This document shows, one piece after another, positions 1-12,267 of a stretch of 32,630 nt of DNA (position 1 is its first letter; every line of letters begins with the position of its first letter). The stretch comes from Chiloscyllium plagiosum. Taxonomy: Eukaryota. The notes beneath the pieces were generated by a model, which saw only the letters and a program-made list of their open reading frames with translations, searched no databases and was not told where the DNA came from. Both the position numbers and the translations under genes were made by a program. The DNA is taken from positions 94,364,617 through 94,397,246 of the forward strand of contig NC_057718.1 of the NCBI RefSeq assembly GCF_004010195.1, in the 5' to 3' direction.

Positions 1-1238
1 ATGATTTTGTTTAAACCAGCATTTGTTAGATTGGGTGTGATGATGGGAGTTTTTTCTGAATTTAGAAAGTTTTACAAACAGACACAGTAAAGATTGGGGA
101 GCTTGCTTTTTGCTTAGATGAATCAGTACTATTTTTGGTGTAGAGGTAAAGCCCAGAATTTAGAAAGCTTTTGTTTGTCAGTTCCCAGATGTCCTAGTTG
201 AAGTTAGATACACAAATAAGTTTCTCCTGGAGAAAGGAGAGCATTCAGAAGAAGTTCTGAAATAGATAATCTTTTAGTTTATAAGTTCCAGACCAGAATT
301 GCTTAGTTAGAATTCTGCTAGAGTTTTTGAAACTGAAAAAGTCTAAGATCTGTGTATCAAGGAAAAGGCTATTAAACTCTCAAGACTGGAAATGGAAAAC
401 ATCAAATATGTTAAACCTATAGATGCAATGGGGAAGCAAATTCCCTCTAATATTTGAGTATTATAAAGTGATGGTGTTGAGATTATGGAATTGCATTTTT
501 ATGGTGTTTTGAAATCTTTGAAGTTGTTATATGTACAAGCTTTTTTTCCCTTTATTTTATCTCTGTTCTTTTGTATAACAACCTTTTGTTTCATTGCTAA
601 AATCAATCTGCAGCTTTGCGTGCTTATGTTTCAGTGAAAGACTGCCTCAATAAATACAAGAAACTTGATGTATCAATCTAAATTTCGCTTGGGATTTGAC
701 TTGTCTATTGATAATGTGAGCTGCAACCATAACAATTGAGTTGCAAGAGCTAGATAAAGAGTGGGGGATCTGGGCAATGCCTTCTCCATCTCGGTCTCTA
801 AATTGTTTTAATCAATGGCTTCACTTGCTATCTTTACCCCCTATTGTTAATGCTCTGAACCTCCCAATAAATGTCCTATGTAAACACCCTCGCTGATATG
901 CTCCAATGTCTCGTAATAAAATACAAACAATATAATAAAACAATTATTGTTGCTTTTAACAAGACCACAGCATTTATTGGATTCCGTCATGATTTTGCAG
1001 AACGGTTAGTTTTACAAAGGGATGTTCTGATCTTCAAGGTTAAGCTGCACATAAACATGCTGTTCGCATTCTGGAAAGAAGGCCAAGCCAGCTGTGTGGC
1101 TCACGTATGTCTCATACCTTCACATCTTAAAGACAGATGAATCATTTTAAAGGGGAGCTCCACTCATTGTATAGATGTTGCTGCAGACTTGACGGGAAGA
1201 TTTGGAGTGAAGCAAAAATGCATAAAGTGGAACAACTG

Positions 1239-1264
<26 letters not shown>
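1239..1264. repeat. (GA)13 microsatellite
   Basis: Perfect GA dinucleotide run. Confidence 0.95.
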
Positions 1265-1271
<7 letters not shown>

Positions 1272-1477
1272 AACACTCCCAGGTTTTCTGATGTGGCACT
1301 GCTCTTGTTATTGAATGTAATCAGTAAAAACATTTAGAAAATGCAACATTACAGAACTGGACCAAACAGAACATATGAAAATATGAGAGGTATCACTAAA
1401 CATAAATCATCTAACCTGGAACTTTCAAATCACACATTCTTAAATTTAGAAAAATAACAAGCTGTTTGAAAAATAAC

Positions 1478-1645
1478 TGCTGAAAATGTGTTGCTGGAAA
1501 AGCGCAGCAGGTCAGGCAGCATCCAAGGAACAGGAGAATGCACAGGCCTCATTCCTGATGAAGGGCTTATGCTCGAAAAGTCGATTCTCCTGCTCCTTGG
1601 ATGCTGCCTGACCTGCTGTGCTTTTCCAGCACCGCAATCTTCGTC
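1478..1645. mobile_element. Penelope-like pLTR fold-back (inverted arms) with hammerhead motif
   Basis: TGCTGGAAAAGCGCAGCAGGTCAGGCAGCATCCAAGG..CAGGAGAAT (1492-1539) is inverted-complementary to ~1585-1631. The sequence is the same as the terminus of the GIY-YIG-bearing element at 2658-3256. Confidence 0.8.
1551..1586 (+). ncRNA. Minimal hammerhead ribozyme motif (stem III mutated); mirror copy at 2717-2752 (-)
   Basis: AUUC-CUGAUGA-A-GGGC-UUAU-GCUC-GAAAA-GUC-GAUU. Confidence 0.5.
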
Positions 1646-1756
1646 TCTTATTTCTTACATCCTGTTCAGGATGGTTTCCTCCTACTGGGGAATACACTCA
1701 AAATGCATATTTTAGTTTAGTGACATTTAATGACACAGGTCTCTTGTTCCTATTTC

Positions 1757-2170
1757 TTACATTTATATAGCACCTTTCACAGCCTCAGAATTTCTCAAAG
1801 TGCTCCAGGCAATTGCACACTTTTGGATTTCGGTCACTGTTCTGCTGTCGGAATGTGACAGCCAAACTGCAATCTGATAATGACCAACTAATCCGTTTTA
1901 ATCTAATGTCAACTTGAGGGGTAAAAATTGGGGAAATAAAGAAGGAGAACCCTCCTGCTTATCTTCTAAAAAAATGCTGAGAGCTTTTGCACTCACTGGA
2001 GAAAACAAATGGGAGCTTGGGTTAAAGTCTTAACCAAAAGTTAGCCCCTCTGCCAGTGCAGCACTCTCTTGGTATTGGGTAGAGGTGGAGTGTCAGTCTT
2101 GCTGTTAGTGCCCAAATCACTGGATTGAACCCATAACCTGCAGAGACGATAACATTACCTACAGAACAAC
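1757..2170 (-). mobile_element. Old Deu-domain SINE (SacSINE1-like), degenerate
   Basis: Reverse-oriented tail CATTTATATAGCACCTTTCAC...CAAAGTGCT, central CAGTGCAGCACTC motif and B-box-like TTGAACCC. Confidence 0.5.
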
Positions 2171-2367
2171 AATTAACTAAACACTTCTTAAGGTGAAACA
2201 CCATTCTTATTTGTTTAATTTAGTCTTAATCCATGATAAAAGTATTTCTGTTAAACATGCAGAATACTTTGCCTTTATCTGGTCTGCATCATAGCTGCTT
2301 ACATCTATCTTGAAGCAAGAGGTTAAGTCTCACCGTCAGCCTCCCAGGAAAGATATAACTGCAAATA

Positions 2368-2530
2368 GACCATGAGACCCTAAGAAATAGGAACAGGAGT
2401 AGGCTGTTTGGCTTCTCGGGTCTGCTCTGCCATTCAATAGGATCATGGCTGACCCAACGTTCCTCTCATCCACTTTACCCCTAACCCTTGATTCCCCTCC
2501 TGATCAAGAATCTATTTATCTCAGCCGTAT
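2368..2530 (-). mobile_element. CR1 LINE 3' end fragment
   Basis: TAAGAAATAGGAACAGGAGTAGGC...CCATTCAATAGGATCATGGCTGA resembles the CR1 3' ends at 16201 and 29931. Confidence 0.65.
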
Positions 2531-2657
2531 ATATATAAGACCACAAGAAATAGGAACAAGAGACCTGTGTCATTAAATGTCACTAAACTAAAATATGCAT
2601 TTTGAGTGTATTCCCCAGTAGGAGGAAACCATCCTGAACAGGATGTAAGAAATAAGA

Positions 2658-3256
2658 GTCGAAGATTGCGGTGCTGGAAAAGCACAGCAGGTCAGGCAGC
2701 ATCCAAGGAGCAGGAGAATCGACTTTTCGAGCATAAGCCCTTCATCAGGAATGAGGCCTGTGGGCCAAGAGGCTGAAAGATAAATGGTGAGGAGGGGCTG
2801 GCACTGGGGGGAAAGTAATTGGGAATGTGATAGGTAGATGAAGGTGGGGGTGAAGGTGATAGGTCAGAGTGGAGGGTTGGGCGGATAGATGGGAAGGAAG
2901 ATGGACATGTAGGACAGTACAAGAGGGTGGTGCCAAGTTGGAAGGTTAGATGTGGGATAAGGTGGGGGGAGAGGAAATGTGGAAATTGATGAAATCCACA
3001 TTGTTCCCATGTGGTTGGAGGGTCCCAAGGCAGAAAATGAGGCATTCCTCCTCCAGGTTTTGGGTGGTTAGGGTTTGGTGGTGGAGGAGGCCCAGGACCT
3101 GCATGTCCTTGGGGAGTCAGAGGGGGAGTTAAAGTGTTCAGCTACCAGACGGTGGGGTTGTTTGGTTCGCGTGTTCTAGAGATGTTCTCTGAAGCGTTCC
3201 ACAAGTTGGCATCCTGTCTCCGCAATGTAAAGGAGACCATATCAGGAGCAACAGAG
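2658..3256 (-). mobile_element. 5'-truncated Penelope-like retroelement: GIY-YIG endonuclease remnant + pLTR
   Basis: Minus-strand translation of ~3256-3180 gives CCS*YGLLYIAETGCQLVERFREHL (YIGET..R..EH motif), and ~3050-2990 gives EECLIFCLGTLQPHGNNVDF (PLE GIY-YIG C-terminus). A pyrimidine-rich 3' region and a hammerhead-containing pLTR follow. Confidence 0.85.
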
Positions 3257-3380
3257 AAATAAGAGAAAGGAGATGCAATTTGATCCCAATTTGACCCCTC
3301 AAGCCTGACACCTTCAAGAGAAAGAAATCCTATGCATCTCAGTTTTCAGTCCCGTTTGTGTGAAACAATGGGGGATGCAG

Positions 3381-3880
3381 GGCTTACTGGTTAGCCCAGT
3401 GCTGTGATAGTAATTAGGTTAGCCGGCTGGACCTCATAGAATATGAGATCCTGATTGGAGCTGTTAATCTGGTTGAATTAGGGAGCCCTGGCTGACAGGT
3501 TAAAAGAAAGTGTGAGATACTGACACTCTAGTACCTGACTCTGAATGAGGCAGCAATATTGTCAAGGACTATGCATGTGTAAATAAAGGGCAATATGGTG
3601 ATGGGATACCAGCCTCTCTGGAGATATTTCACGCAGTTGGTTGGACAGCTGGCTTACAATGCAAAGTGATACCATAGAGATGTAAAACATGGAAACTGAC
3701 CCTTCGGACATCAACCGGGTTCAATTCTTGCACGGGCTGAAGTTACCATGAAGGACCCGCCTTCTCAACCTCACCTGGCATTTGAGGCGTGGTGACCCTC
3801 ACATTAGACCACCACCAGTCTCTCTTTTTCTTGTGGGAGTGCAGCCCTATGCTCCTCTCAGACCTTGGTGATATTACTAT
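3381..3880 (+). mobile_element. tRNA-derived SINE interrupted by a solo LTR (related copies at ~4075-4150 -, ~9225-9350 +, ~9560-10130 -)
   Basis: A-box GGTTAGCCCAG|TTGG is split by the insertion; B-box GGGTTCAATTC at ~3717. The body GTGGTGACCCTCA...CCACCACCAGTC is shared in reverse with 9600-9690. Confidence 0.6.
3400..3631 (+). mobile_element. Solo LTR (Gypsy-like)
   Basis: TG...CA termini, AATAAA at 3582, 5-bp target duplication CCCAG / CGCAG; interrupts a SINE A-box. Confidence 0.65.
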
Positions 3881-4731
3881 TCTGTAACAATGTCCTCTTG
3901 TTGGAGCATCCTCCATTAGTGGAAACATAAAGTGCCCTAATGGATATGTAACTTGTCCAGGCTTTGCCCAAAGGAAGTGGCAGAAGAGTATTATCAGCTC
4001 CTAAGTCAGCTGGTAGGGCTCCTACCACCAGCATTTGATGCACCAGAGGCAAAATCACCACAGTCCCAGAAGACCAACACTATGGGAATTGAACCCATAG
4101 TGTTGACATCACTCTGCGTTACAAACCAGCCATCCAACCAACTTAGCTCACCAACTCCCTATGCTATCCACTATCCACAGCAATACACTTGATTTGGTGG
4201 AACATCAAAATAGTTTGAAAGTTCAACAAAGAAAACTAGATGCTTGGATAAGATTGCTATCTCCAGAAGCAGAATGATGCAAAATCTCAGCCTGTCCTCT
4301 CTGCTAAAAGTAATAGATCCCTCATAGTTCTTATCCTTTAAAAAGAGGTGGGGACTCCCCCCGCTCAATCTTTCTGACTGTGTTGAGAAGCTTTGCATGG
4401 TTTTCTTGGGAATAAAACAAGAGGTTCTGCTGAAGAGGTGTGAGCAGCTGGAGGCTAAATTAAAAAACAAGCAACAAAAGTTCTCAAATCTCTGGATTTC
4501 TGCCTGAGCCACGTGCAAATTGGCATGGAGTAATTAAAAGCAGAGAATTTAACGTGTGGCTGGAAGAGTCAAGTGGGACAGATGTGGGGCAAACAGCCAA
4601 GTGGTCATGACCAGAAAATCTGTTTCCATAATGTCGGCTGAAGGATAAATATTGGTCAGGACATTGGGAATAACTTGCTCGCTATTTGTCAAAATAGTGC
4701 CATGAGATGTTTTACATCCGCCTCAGACACA

Positions 4732-5016
4732 GGGCAGCACAATGCGCAGTGATTAGCATTGCAGCCTCACAGCATCAGGGACTTGTGTTTGACTCCAGCC
4801 TCGGGTGACTGTCTGTGTGGAGTTTGCACATTGTCCCCGTGTCTGTGTGGGTTTCCTCCAGGTGCTCCGGTTTCCTCTCACAGTCCAAAGATGTGCAGGT
4901 TAGGTGGACTGGCCATGAGAAATGCAGGGTTATAGCGATGGGCTAGGTCTGCTCTTCAGAGGGTTAATGTGGACTTGATGGGCTGAATGGTCTGCTTCCA
5001 CACTGTAGGGATTCTT
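4732..5016 (+). mobile_element. HE1-type V-SINE
   Basis: tRNA-like head, V-domain GTCTGTGTGGAGTTTGCACATT...GTGGGTTTCCTCC.GGTGCTCCGGTTTCCTC, and CR1-like tail TTCCACACTGTAGGGATTCT. Confidence 0.85.
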
Positions 5017-5954
5017 TGACCAAACATGCCTCAGTTTTACTTTGGAGTAAGACAGACAACTTTATGGAAAGGAACTTGCTTTCTATGACTATAATGAGCC
5101 AATAAATATACATGAAGATCGCCAATGCCATAATTGCAACATGGTGATTGTTGGACCACCTTTCAGAAGGGTCAAGTATCTAACAAAAGGGAAGATTCTT
5201 CTTTGTACTGGTGCAATTATACAAGACCTAGCAGCAAAGTTGCTTTCTGTGAAAATGTGCAAATTTCTCTTGAAACACAATAACAATTCGGCAAACAAAT
5301 TTCATTGTTGCATCAATAACGAGTCCATATTAGATTTCATCAGGCACTGCAAAGGTTTACTTTATGATAATTGTTTATAGAAATTCTAATCCCAACTCCA
5401 CTACCGGAAAGGAAATGTCTCTTCTTTGCTTGTTGAAACTCCTGTCAAAGGCAAATACAGTGAGACTCTTGTGCAGTGATCCCATTCAATATTCCACAAT
5501 AGAACTAAATTCTGTAATGACCAACTGAGGAAAAACAGGTTTGTAAACCATGGCGCTGGTCTCACAGGTTTATATAAAGGAATTTGCAATCACTTAATAT
5601 AAACCATAGCTGGGATTCTTTTGCCTAAGACAGAGAGGACTCACAGAGTGTGATTTATTACAAAGGTGTGAAGACAACAAACAGGGGAGACCAGCTGGTC
5701 CATCAAGCCCCTCCTGTATGGACACAATAACCAGTTGAGCATTATGGGTTCCAACATGAGCCACCTTAACTCCATAATCTTTAAGCAATGGGGAAACAGA
5801 GGTCAACGTGTGTGAAACAGGAGTCAGGAAATCCCTCTGTGATCTCTAAAGATGAGCAAAATGAGCTCCAGAAACCACAATGACAATGGGACACAAGATT
5901 CATTGCCCCATTTATGTGCAGCACTGTACTGTGTATCCCTTCTCAGCACTGTTT

Positions 5955-6741
5955 TTCTGAATTCACCCATGGGATATGAGTATTGCTGGCTCGGCCAGCA
6001 TTTACTGCCTATCCCTAGTTGTCCTTGAGAAGGTGGTGGTGAGCTGCCTTCTTGAACCAATGCAGTCCATGAACCACTGCAGGTACCCACCCACAATGCT
6101 GTTACAGAGGAAATTCCCAGATTGTAACCCAGCAACAGTGAAAGATCAGCAATATATTTCCAAGTTAGGGTGTGTGTGGCTTGGAGGGGAGCTTGCAGGT
6201 GGTGGTGTTCCCATGTATCTGCTGCCACTGTCCTTCTAGATGCAACAGGTCATGGGTTTGGAAGGTGCTTTCTCTGGAGCCTTGGTGAATTTCTGCAGTG
6301 TTCCTTCTAGGTTGTACACACTGCTGTGAATGAACATTGGTAGTTAAGGATGCTGCGGATGTGGTGCCAATCAAGCAGGCTGCTCTGTTCTGGATGGTAT
6401 CAAGCTTCTTGAGTATTGTTAGAGCTGCACTGATCCAGACAATTGGGGAATACTCTATCACACTCCTGACTTGTGACTTGTAGATGGTGGACAGGCTTTG
6501 GGGAGTCAGGAGATGAGTGACTCATTGCAGTATTCCTAGCCTCTGACTTGCTTTTCTAGCCACTGTATTTATACGGCAAGTCCAGTTTAGATTTTTGTTG
6601 ATGTTGATGATGGGGAAATTCAGTGACGTTAACACCATCGAATGACAAGGGGTGATGGTTAGATTGCCTCTTATTGGAGACAGACATTGCTTGGCATTTG
6701 TGAAGCATGAATGTTACTTGCCACTTGTCAGCCCAAGTCCA
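5955..6741 (-). mobile_element. LINE (CR1/L2 group) 3' fragment; shorter relatives at ~21118-21390 and ~22553-22800
   Basis: ORF remnant MIEYSPIVWISAALTILKKLDTIQNRAACLIG (post-RT region of CR1/L2-group ORF2). The 3' region GTGGTGAGCTGCCTTCTTGAACC recurs at ~21185 and ~22620. Confidence 0.7.
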
Positions 6742-7819
6742 TTAAGACACTTGCATTGAAGTCCCACTCACTGTGATTACTGGTAACTTGTTTCAAGGCT
6801 TTATGACTCTCTGCAGAAAGGAAAACCTTTTGACATCAAATTTACTTGGAGATTTAGAATATTTTATCTGTATATTGTGTATTTTAGTAGCCTCTCAATT
6901 CAAATATTGTATTTGCTTGACCCTCATTATATCATTATTCAACAGATACTTCTTAATAATGCTTAGTCTTATATTTATCTTCTAGGATAACACTATTTTT
7001 TTCCTCTGTACCAATGACAGACATACATTCAGTTGCCTTAGCCCTCAACTTTAGGATTCTATCTCAGAATCTCTCCACGTGCATTTCTAAACCCTCATTT
7101 GAAATGTTCCTTTAAATTTACTTCTTCAATCATCTGATTCAGTGAGTTTACTTTGTTACATTCATATTAAACATCTTAGGAAATGTCACTATTTTAAAGG
7201 TGTCGAGCATCATTGTTGAGTAACAGTGCTTTAAATCCAACAGGTGGGATGTGACTAAGACTCGTGAATCTTGGAGAGACTACCAAGCTAATCGATCATC
7301 TGCAATCCTTGAATAGGGATAACTGAAGCTAAGGGTCTGGAAGCATTCTGAAGAAGGGTCGCTTTACCCAAAATGTTAACTGCATTCTCTCCACAGTTGC
7401 TGTTAAACCTACTGAGTTTATTCCAGCAATCTCTGATTTTGATAACTGAAGTTACCAATCTAAATGCCATCCTTGCTACAGGAACAAGAAGTTCACAAGA
7501 ATTATTTAGTTAGTGCAGGAGCATGTTTTTGGCGTGCCATCTTGCATGCATTTAGATAGTGAGCAGCCATAGTCAGAATAACTTAATCTTTAACCAATGG
7601 CATCTCAATCTAAAGAGCATCATTGACTGTATACATCTAACTGTCCGTGTGCTCATGAGCAAGCACAGTTAGATAGAAAGCAAGAGCAGGAAGAACGATT
7701 TTCACATTGATGTCTTGAAAGTAATACATGTTATTAAACTTCCTTTGGCATTTGCAAAAGTAAACCATTAACACTCTTTGTTATGGCTTTATTTCTTTAG
7801 ATGAATTTCCTCGCAAGAG

Positions 7820-8105
7820 GATGTTTCCCCTGGAATTGGACATAGTGTAAAAATAATTAGCCTCTCATTTAGGATGAAGTTAAGAAGGAATTTCTTCTCT
7901 CAGAGTCTTTAACATATGGAATTCTCCTCCAGAGAGGAAGTTGGTGTTTGGGGGTCATTAAGGCCAAGTTAGGCAGGTTTTTATTGACAAGGGAGTCAAG
8001 AGTAAAGGCAGGCAAGAAAATGGAGTGAAGGCAGCAATCAGATCAGCCATGACATTAGGAATGAGGCAGCATAGGCTTGAGAGGATGAATGGTCTACTTC
8101 TAGTC
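7820..8105 (+). mobile_element. Degenerate CR1 3' fragment
   Basis: AGGAATTTCTTCTCTCAGAG...GGAATTCTC...AGATCAGCCATGA...GAATGGTCTACTTCT pattern. Confidence 0.6.
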
Positions 8106-9704
8106 TTTTACTTTTTTTATTTAAGTTGCACACAGCAGTTCATCCACGAACAGTGATGCAATAACAACAGATAATGATCAAGTTGCCCAGTGATGATACT
8201 GATACAAAACCTCCGTATGTCCACAATGTACATTTGGGAGTGAGGACCCTTGTGTAATAGATAATCTGGCTCTTTCATGTTTTCAGACTGATTGGAACTC
8301 AGGGTGGGACCTAATATTCTGCTCCAAACATAGAATTGTGAATTAGAAAACTACAGGGCATGCTGTACAATATCAACATAGCAAGAAATCTGAGCAAAGC
8401 AGATGTGGCCAGTCATATCTACAATCACAAATGTGTATGTACCTCACTTGTTCTTTTTGTTACTGTAGAAATATGCATTGTTTTCAGCTAAAATTACTTC
8501 TGCACGTGTTATTCTATTCTGTGCAATGAAAAGATTATTGACTGTGCAAAATGGAAGGATAGAATGAATTGCATTGCTTCTTTTCTTGCACATTCTATGT
8601 ATTTTGCAGGTGAAATGATCTCTTGTTTCCTGTGGGATCCCGCAGTAATACACTCCTCCAGCCACAAAACTAATAGTGATAGATGCTTCCTTAGATAACC
8701 GCCGGGAAGTAGGGCAACAACAGTGATGTCAGAAACAATTATTGTTAGACTTGTGTCATTTCCAGGCTGATGCAAAAGCACAATATTACAGATGGTGGAA
8801 CTTTGAAATAGAAACAGAAAATGCAGCCAATAAGTAATAGGTCTAGTAGTATCTGCTGGAGAGGGAAAGAGTTAATAATTCAAGTTCTAAAATAAGCTCG
8901 CATTCTCTCTTTCCACGGATACTGTCAGACTTGCTGAAAATTTACGGCACTTTCTGTTTTTATTTCATTCCCAGACTTTCCTGTGTTGGGGTTACCATGT
9001 GGGCCCATTGCTACCCATGACACCAATTGTCTCTTGTTCAGATCTAGGCAATGGCAAAACTCAATGATGAAAGATCATCAACCTCAAATGTTAAATTGCT
9101 GCTTCATTTTCCAGACGTTGTCTGACTTTCCTGGTTTTCCCAGCTCTCTGAGTTCATAATGCAGATTTCCAGCATCATGCATCAGCATTTACAAAAACTA
9201 ACTCTTACCATGGTGCGGGGAAAGTGTCATTTCACTCAGACAGCTGGCCAGCTGGTTTGTGGTATACAGCACTTCCAATAATGTGGTTTCAATTCCTCCA
9301 TAATCTCTCCAATGAGAGGGGAACCCTATGGTCCTCTGGGACAACAGTCAAATTATGTTAGCCTTGTTAACTCAGGCCTGCTGCAGTGTCTCAATGCAGC
9401 CCAATGCAAGGGCTTTAATTTCCACTTTGGCACTTTACAGTCCTCTGGACTCAACATTACTAATGACAAATCCTGTCCTCCCTTTAGATTTCAATCATTC
9501 CCAATGTCTGTTCTTCACAGATTTGTTTCCAGCAGACCTAACATTTATTATTTAGGTAAAATCACCATATTCCAATCTCATTAGAGAGTGAGAGAAAAAG
9601 AAAGATGATCGATGGCGAATTAACCTGAGGGCCACCAGACCTCAAAAGAGGGAAGAGGCTGGGAAGGAAAGTGCCACATGACAAGCTCAGGTAATGCAAG
9701 TCAT

Positions 9705-10050
9705 GGGGAGGCATAGCGGCTCAGTGGTTAGCGCTGCTGCCTCACAGCGCCAGGGACCTGAATTTGATTCCCACCTGGGGTGACTATCTGTGTGGAGTTT
9801 GCACATTCCCCCTGTGTTTGTGTGGGTTTCCTCTGGGTCCTCCAGTTTCCTACCACAATCTGTGCACGTTAGGTGAATTGGCTGTGCTAAATTTTCCATA
9901 GTATTCAGGGATGTGTAGGTTAGGTGCATTAGTGAGGGGTAAATATAGGATAATAGGGTAGGGGGAATGGGTCTGGGTGGGTTTCTCTTTGGAGGGTCGG
10001 TGTAGACTCGTTGGGCCAAAGGGCCTGTTTCCACACTGTAGAGATTCTAA
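9705..10050 (+). mobile_element. HE1-type V-SINE, near full length, nested in an older SINE
   Basis: GGCTCAGTGGTTAGCGCTGCTGCCTCACAGCGCCAGGGACC head, V-domain, tail GGGCCTGTTTCCACACTGTAGAGATTCTA. The flanks (9560-9700, 10070-10130) are two halves of a minus-strand SINE. Confidence 0.9.
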
Positions 10051-10898
10051 CTCTAATTCATAATTCTAATTCACACTGTTGGGAACACTCTACATTGCAA
10101 ACCAGCCATCCAGCCAACTGAGCTAACCAACACCCCCTTTTTAATTGACCCTGGACCCTTGTTTTGTAAATTCACTGCAGCCATTAACATTCCTTTTGCC
10201 TTTCGTTCTGTGACATTGTGATCTCTAATCTCCCTCACCTCTAACCACTCCCAGACCTAGCCTTCTGTTTTAATTGCTCCTCTCAACCTTTCTCAACAGC
10301 ACAAAAGGCTTCACTTTTCCCCTCTCTTCAGTTGTGAAAGAGTCATTGGATTTGAAACTCTGTTCCTCTCTCCACTTGTGACCTGAATTGCTGAGTTTCT
10401 CTGGTACTTCCCATTTTTATTTCCAATCTGCAGCGTCTGACACATTCTGAATTTGTTCCAACATTGTTTGTCTTACATAGTAGCTCACAACCATGCCATC
10501 TGCCACCTACTTCAACATGATTGGAAATCAGAAGCAAGTTTGATTCAGATACATCTTTCAAAATTCTTTGATGCCACATAAAACAAACAATATTAAATCT
10601 AATTTCTCACAACTTCATTAGATGCCACTCAATTCATTAGATTCTATTTAATACTCTCCTGCAGTTTCCACTCACAACAAGAATCAAAGACATGGCTCGA
10701 TTGCTCTGTACCTCAGATGGCAAGGTAATTAAATTGAACTGTGTGACATCTTAAGCATTTAGATGTGAGGAAATGCCGATTAAGAATAATGGCTACAAAA
10801 CTGGGCTCCGTAATTCATTTGATGCTTTGCTACCGTAGCATGAAGAGGTTAAAATTGGTAACCACACCCAGGTCTGGATTGACAATAGTGTGGGGAAA

Positions 10899-11404
10899 GA
10901 GGAAGTGAGGACTGCAGATGCTGGAGAGTCAGAGTCAAAAGTGTGGCGCTGGAAAAGCACAGCAGGTCAGGCAGGATCCCAGGAGCAGGAGAGTCAATGT
11001 TTCAGGCATAAGCTCTCCATCAGGAATGTAGGGAGGGCCCAAGGGGGCTGAAAGATTAATGGAAGGGGACAAGCCTGGTGGGAAGGTAGCTAGGAATGCA
11101 ATAGGTGGATGAAGGTGGGGGTGATATTGATAGTTTAGAGAGGAGGATGGAGCGGATAGGTGGGAACGAAGATGGACAGGCATCGCCCTCTTGAACTGTC
11201 CTACCTATCCATCTTGTTTCCCACCTATCTGCTCCACCCTCCATTCCGACCTATCACCATCACGCCATTCATCTACCTATCTCATTCCTAGCTACCTTGT
11301 CCCCAGCCCCAACCCCTCCCATTTATCTCTCAGCTCCCTTGGGCTCAAACCCCTACATTGCTGATGAATAGCTTATGCTCAAAACGTCGATTCTCCTGCT
11401 CCTC
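10899..11404. mobile_element. Inverted pair of Penelope-like pLTR/3' segments
   Basis: 10899-11180 resembles 2658-2910. 11181-11404 is its diverged reverse complement, ending in a decayed hammerhead (CTGATGAATAGCTTATGCTCAAAACGTC, 11361-11388). Confidence 0.8.
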
Positions 11405-12174
11405 AAATAGTGTGGGGAAATCTAGGAAGCTTCCAGAATTCATGCTATTGCAAATGTAGTGGATTACTGAGCATTGTGTTTTTGGAGGAGCTCTCAGAAG
11501 CTGTTGTTGTCCAAAGGGAGTGGGATTGGGCTCTTGCAGGGAGTTCAAAGGATGCAGAGCAGAAAGCAGAAAGGCAGGAGAGAGGAGGGGTTGTGCACAG
11601 AGGGAAGAAGAAATATCTGTCAATAGAAGGCCATATCCATGCAGGGTCTTCAGGGACCACTTATGTCACCATCTCAGCCCTGACCTGTGTCTCAAGAAGC
11701 TATGATTTGCAAAAGAAGTGATTGTTCAACTGTGCCATCTTCTCCACGAGGACCAGCAGCCAGAGAACTGGGCACACACGGCACTGCCACGAGTAATCAA
11801 TGCCCTGACTTTCTCAACTTGTGGATCCTTCCAAGGCCGGAGCTGAGAAAATTGCCAAGACATCACAGTTCACTACATGTAGCTCCATTAGGGCAATCAA
11901 AGAGCAGGGAACTTCATAATCTTTCCTTGAAGTTGAGAGATGTATGAGTGAGTGAGTGACCTTGTGAGGGTAGCTGCACAGCCAGTAGCGTTGGAACCCA
12001 TTGTCTGCACACATGCATCATTCTACAAATAAATATTCCACAAATAAAAGCTGATTTGCTAAACTATATTAGACAACACTTTCAATAATACATACATAAA
12101 TAATAATCAATAAACTGAATTATTACAAATTCCTTAATTGTTATGCTCTGGGTGCCTTTGCCTGACCTAGCGCT

Positions 12175-12267
12175 CATTCCTGATAAAGGGCTTATGCCCA
12201 AAATGTTGATTCTCCTGCTACTCGGATGCTGCCTGACCTGCTGTGCTTTTCCAGCACCACACTCTCA
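12175..12267 (+). mobile_element. Penelope-like pLTR fragment with decayed hammerhead
   Basis: CATTCCTGATAAAGGGCTTATGCCCAAAATGTTGATTCTCCTGCT...GATGCTGCCTGACCTGCTGTGCTTTTCCAGCACC. Confidence 0.8.

Noticed and set aside
1..734. Possible LTR fragment ending ...CCATAACA with AATAAA at ~649
   Set aside because: The 5' end is outside the window; no PBS, TSD or second copy is visible to support it.
9705..9785. tRNA gene-like A/B boxes (also 4732, 15760-15820, 23848, 30470)
   Set aside because: These are SINE heads continuing into SINE bodies; no complete cloverleaf.
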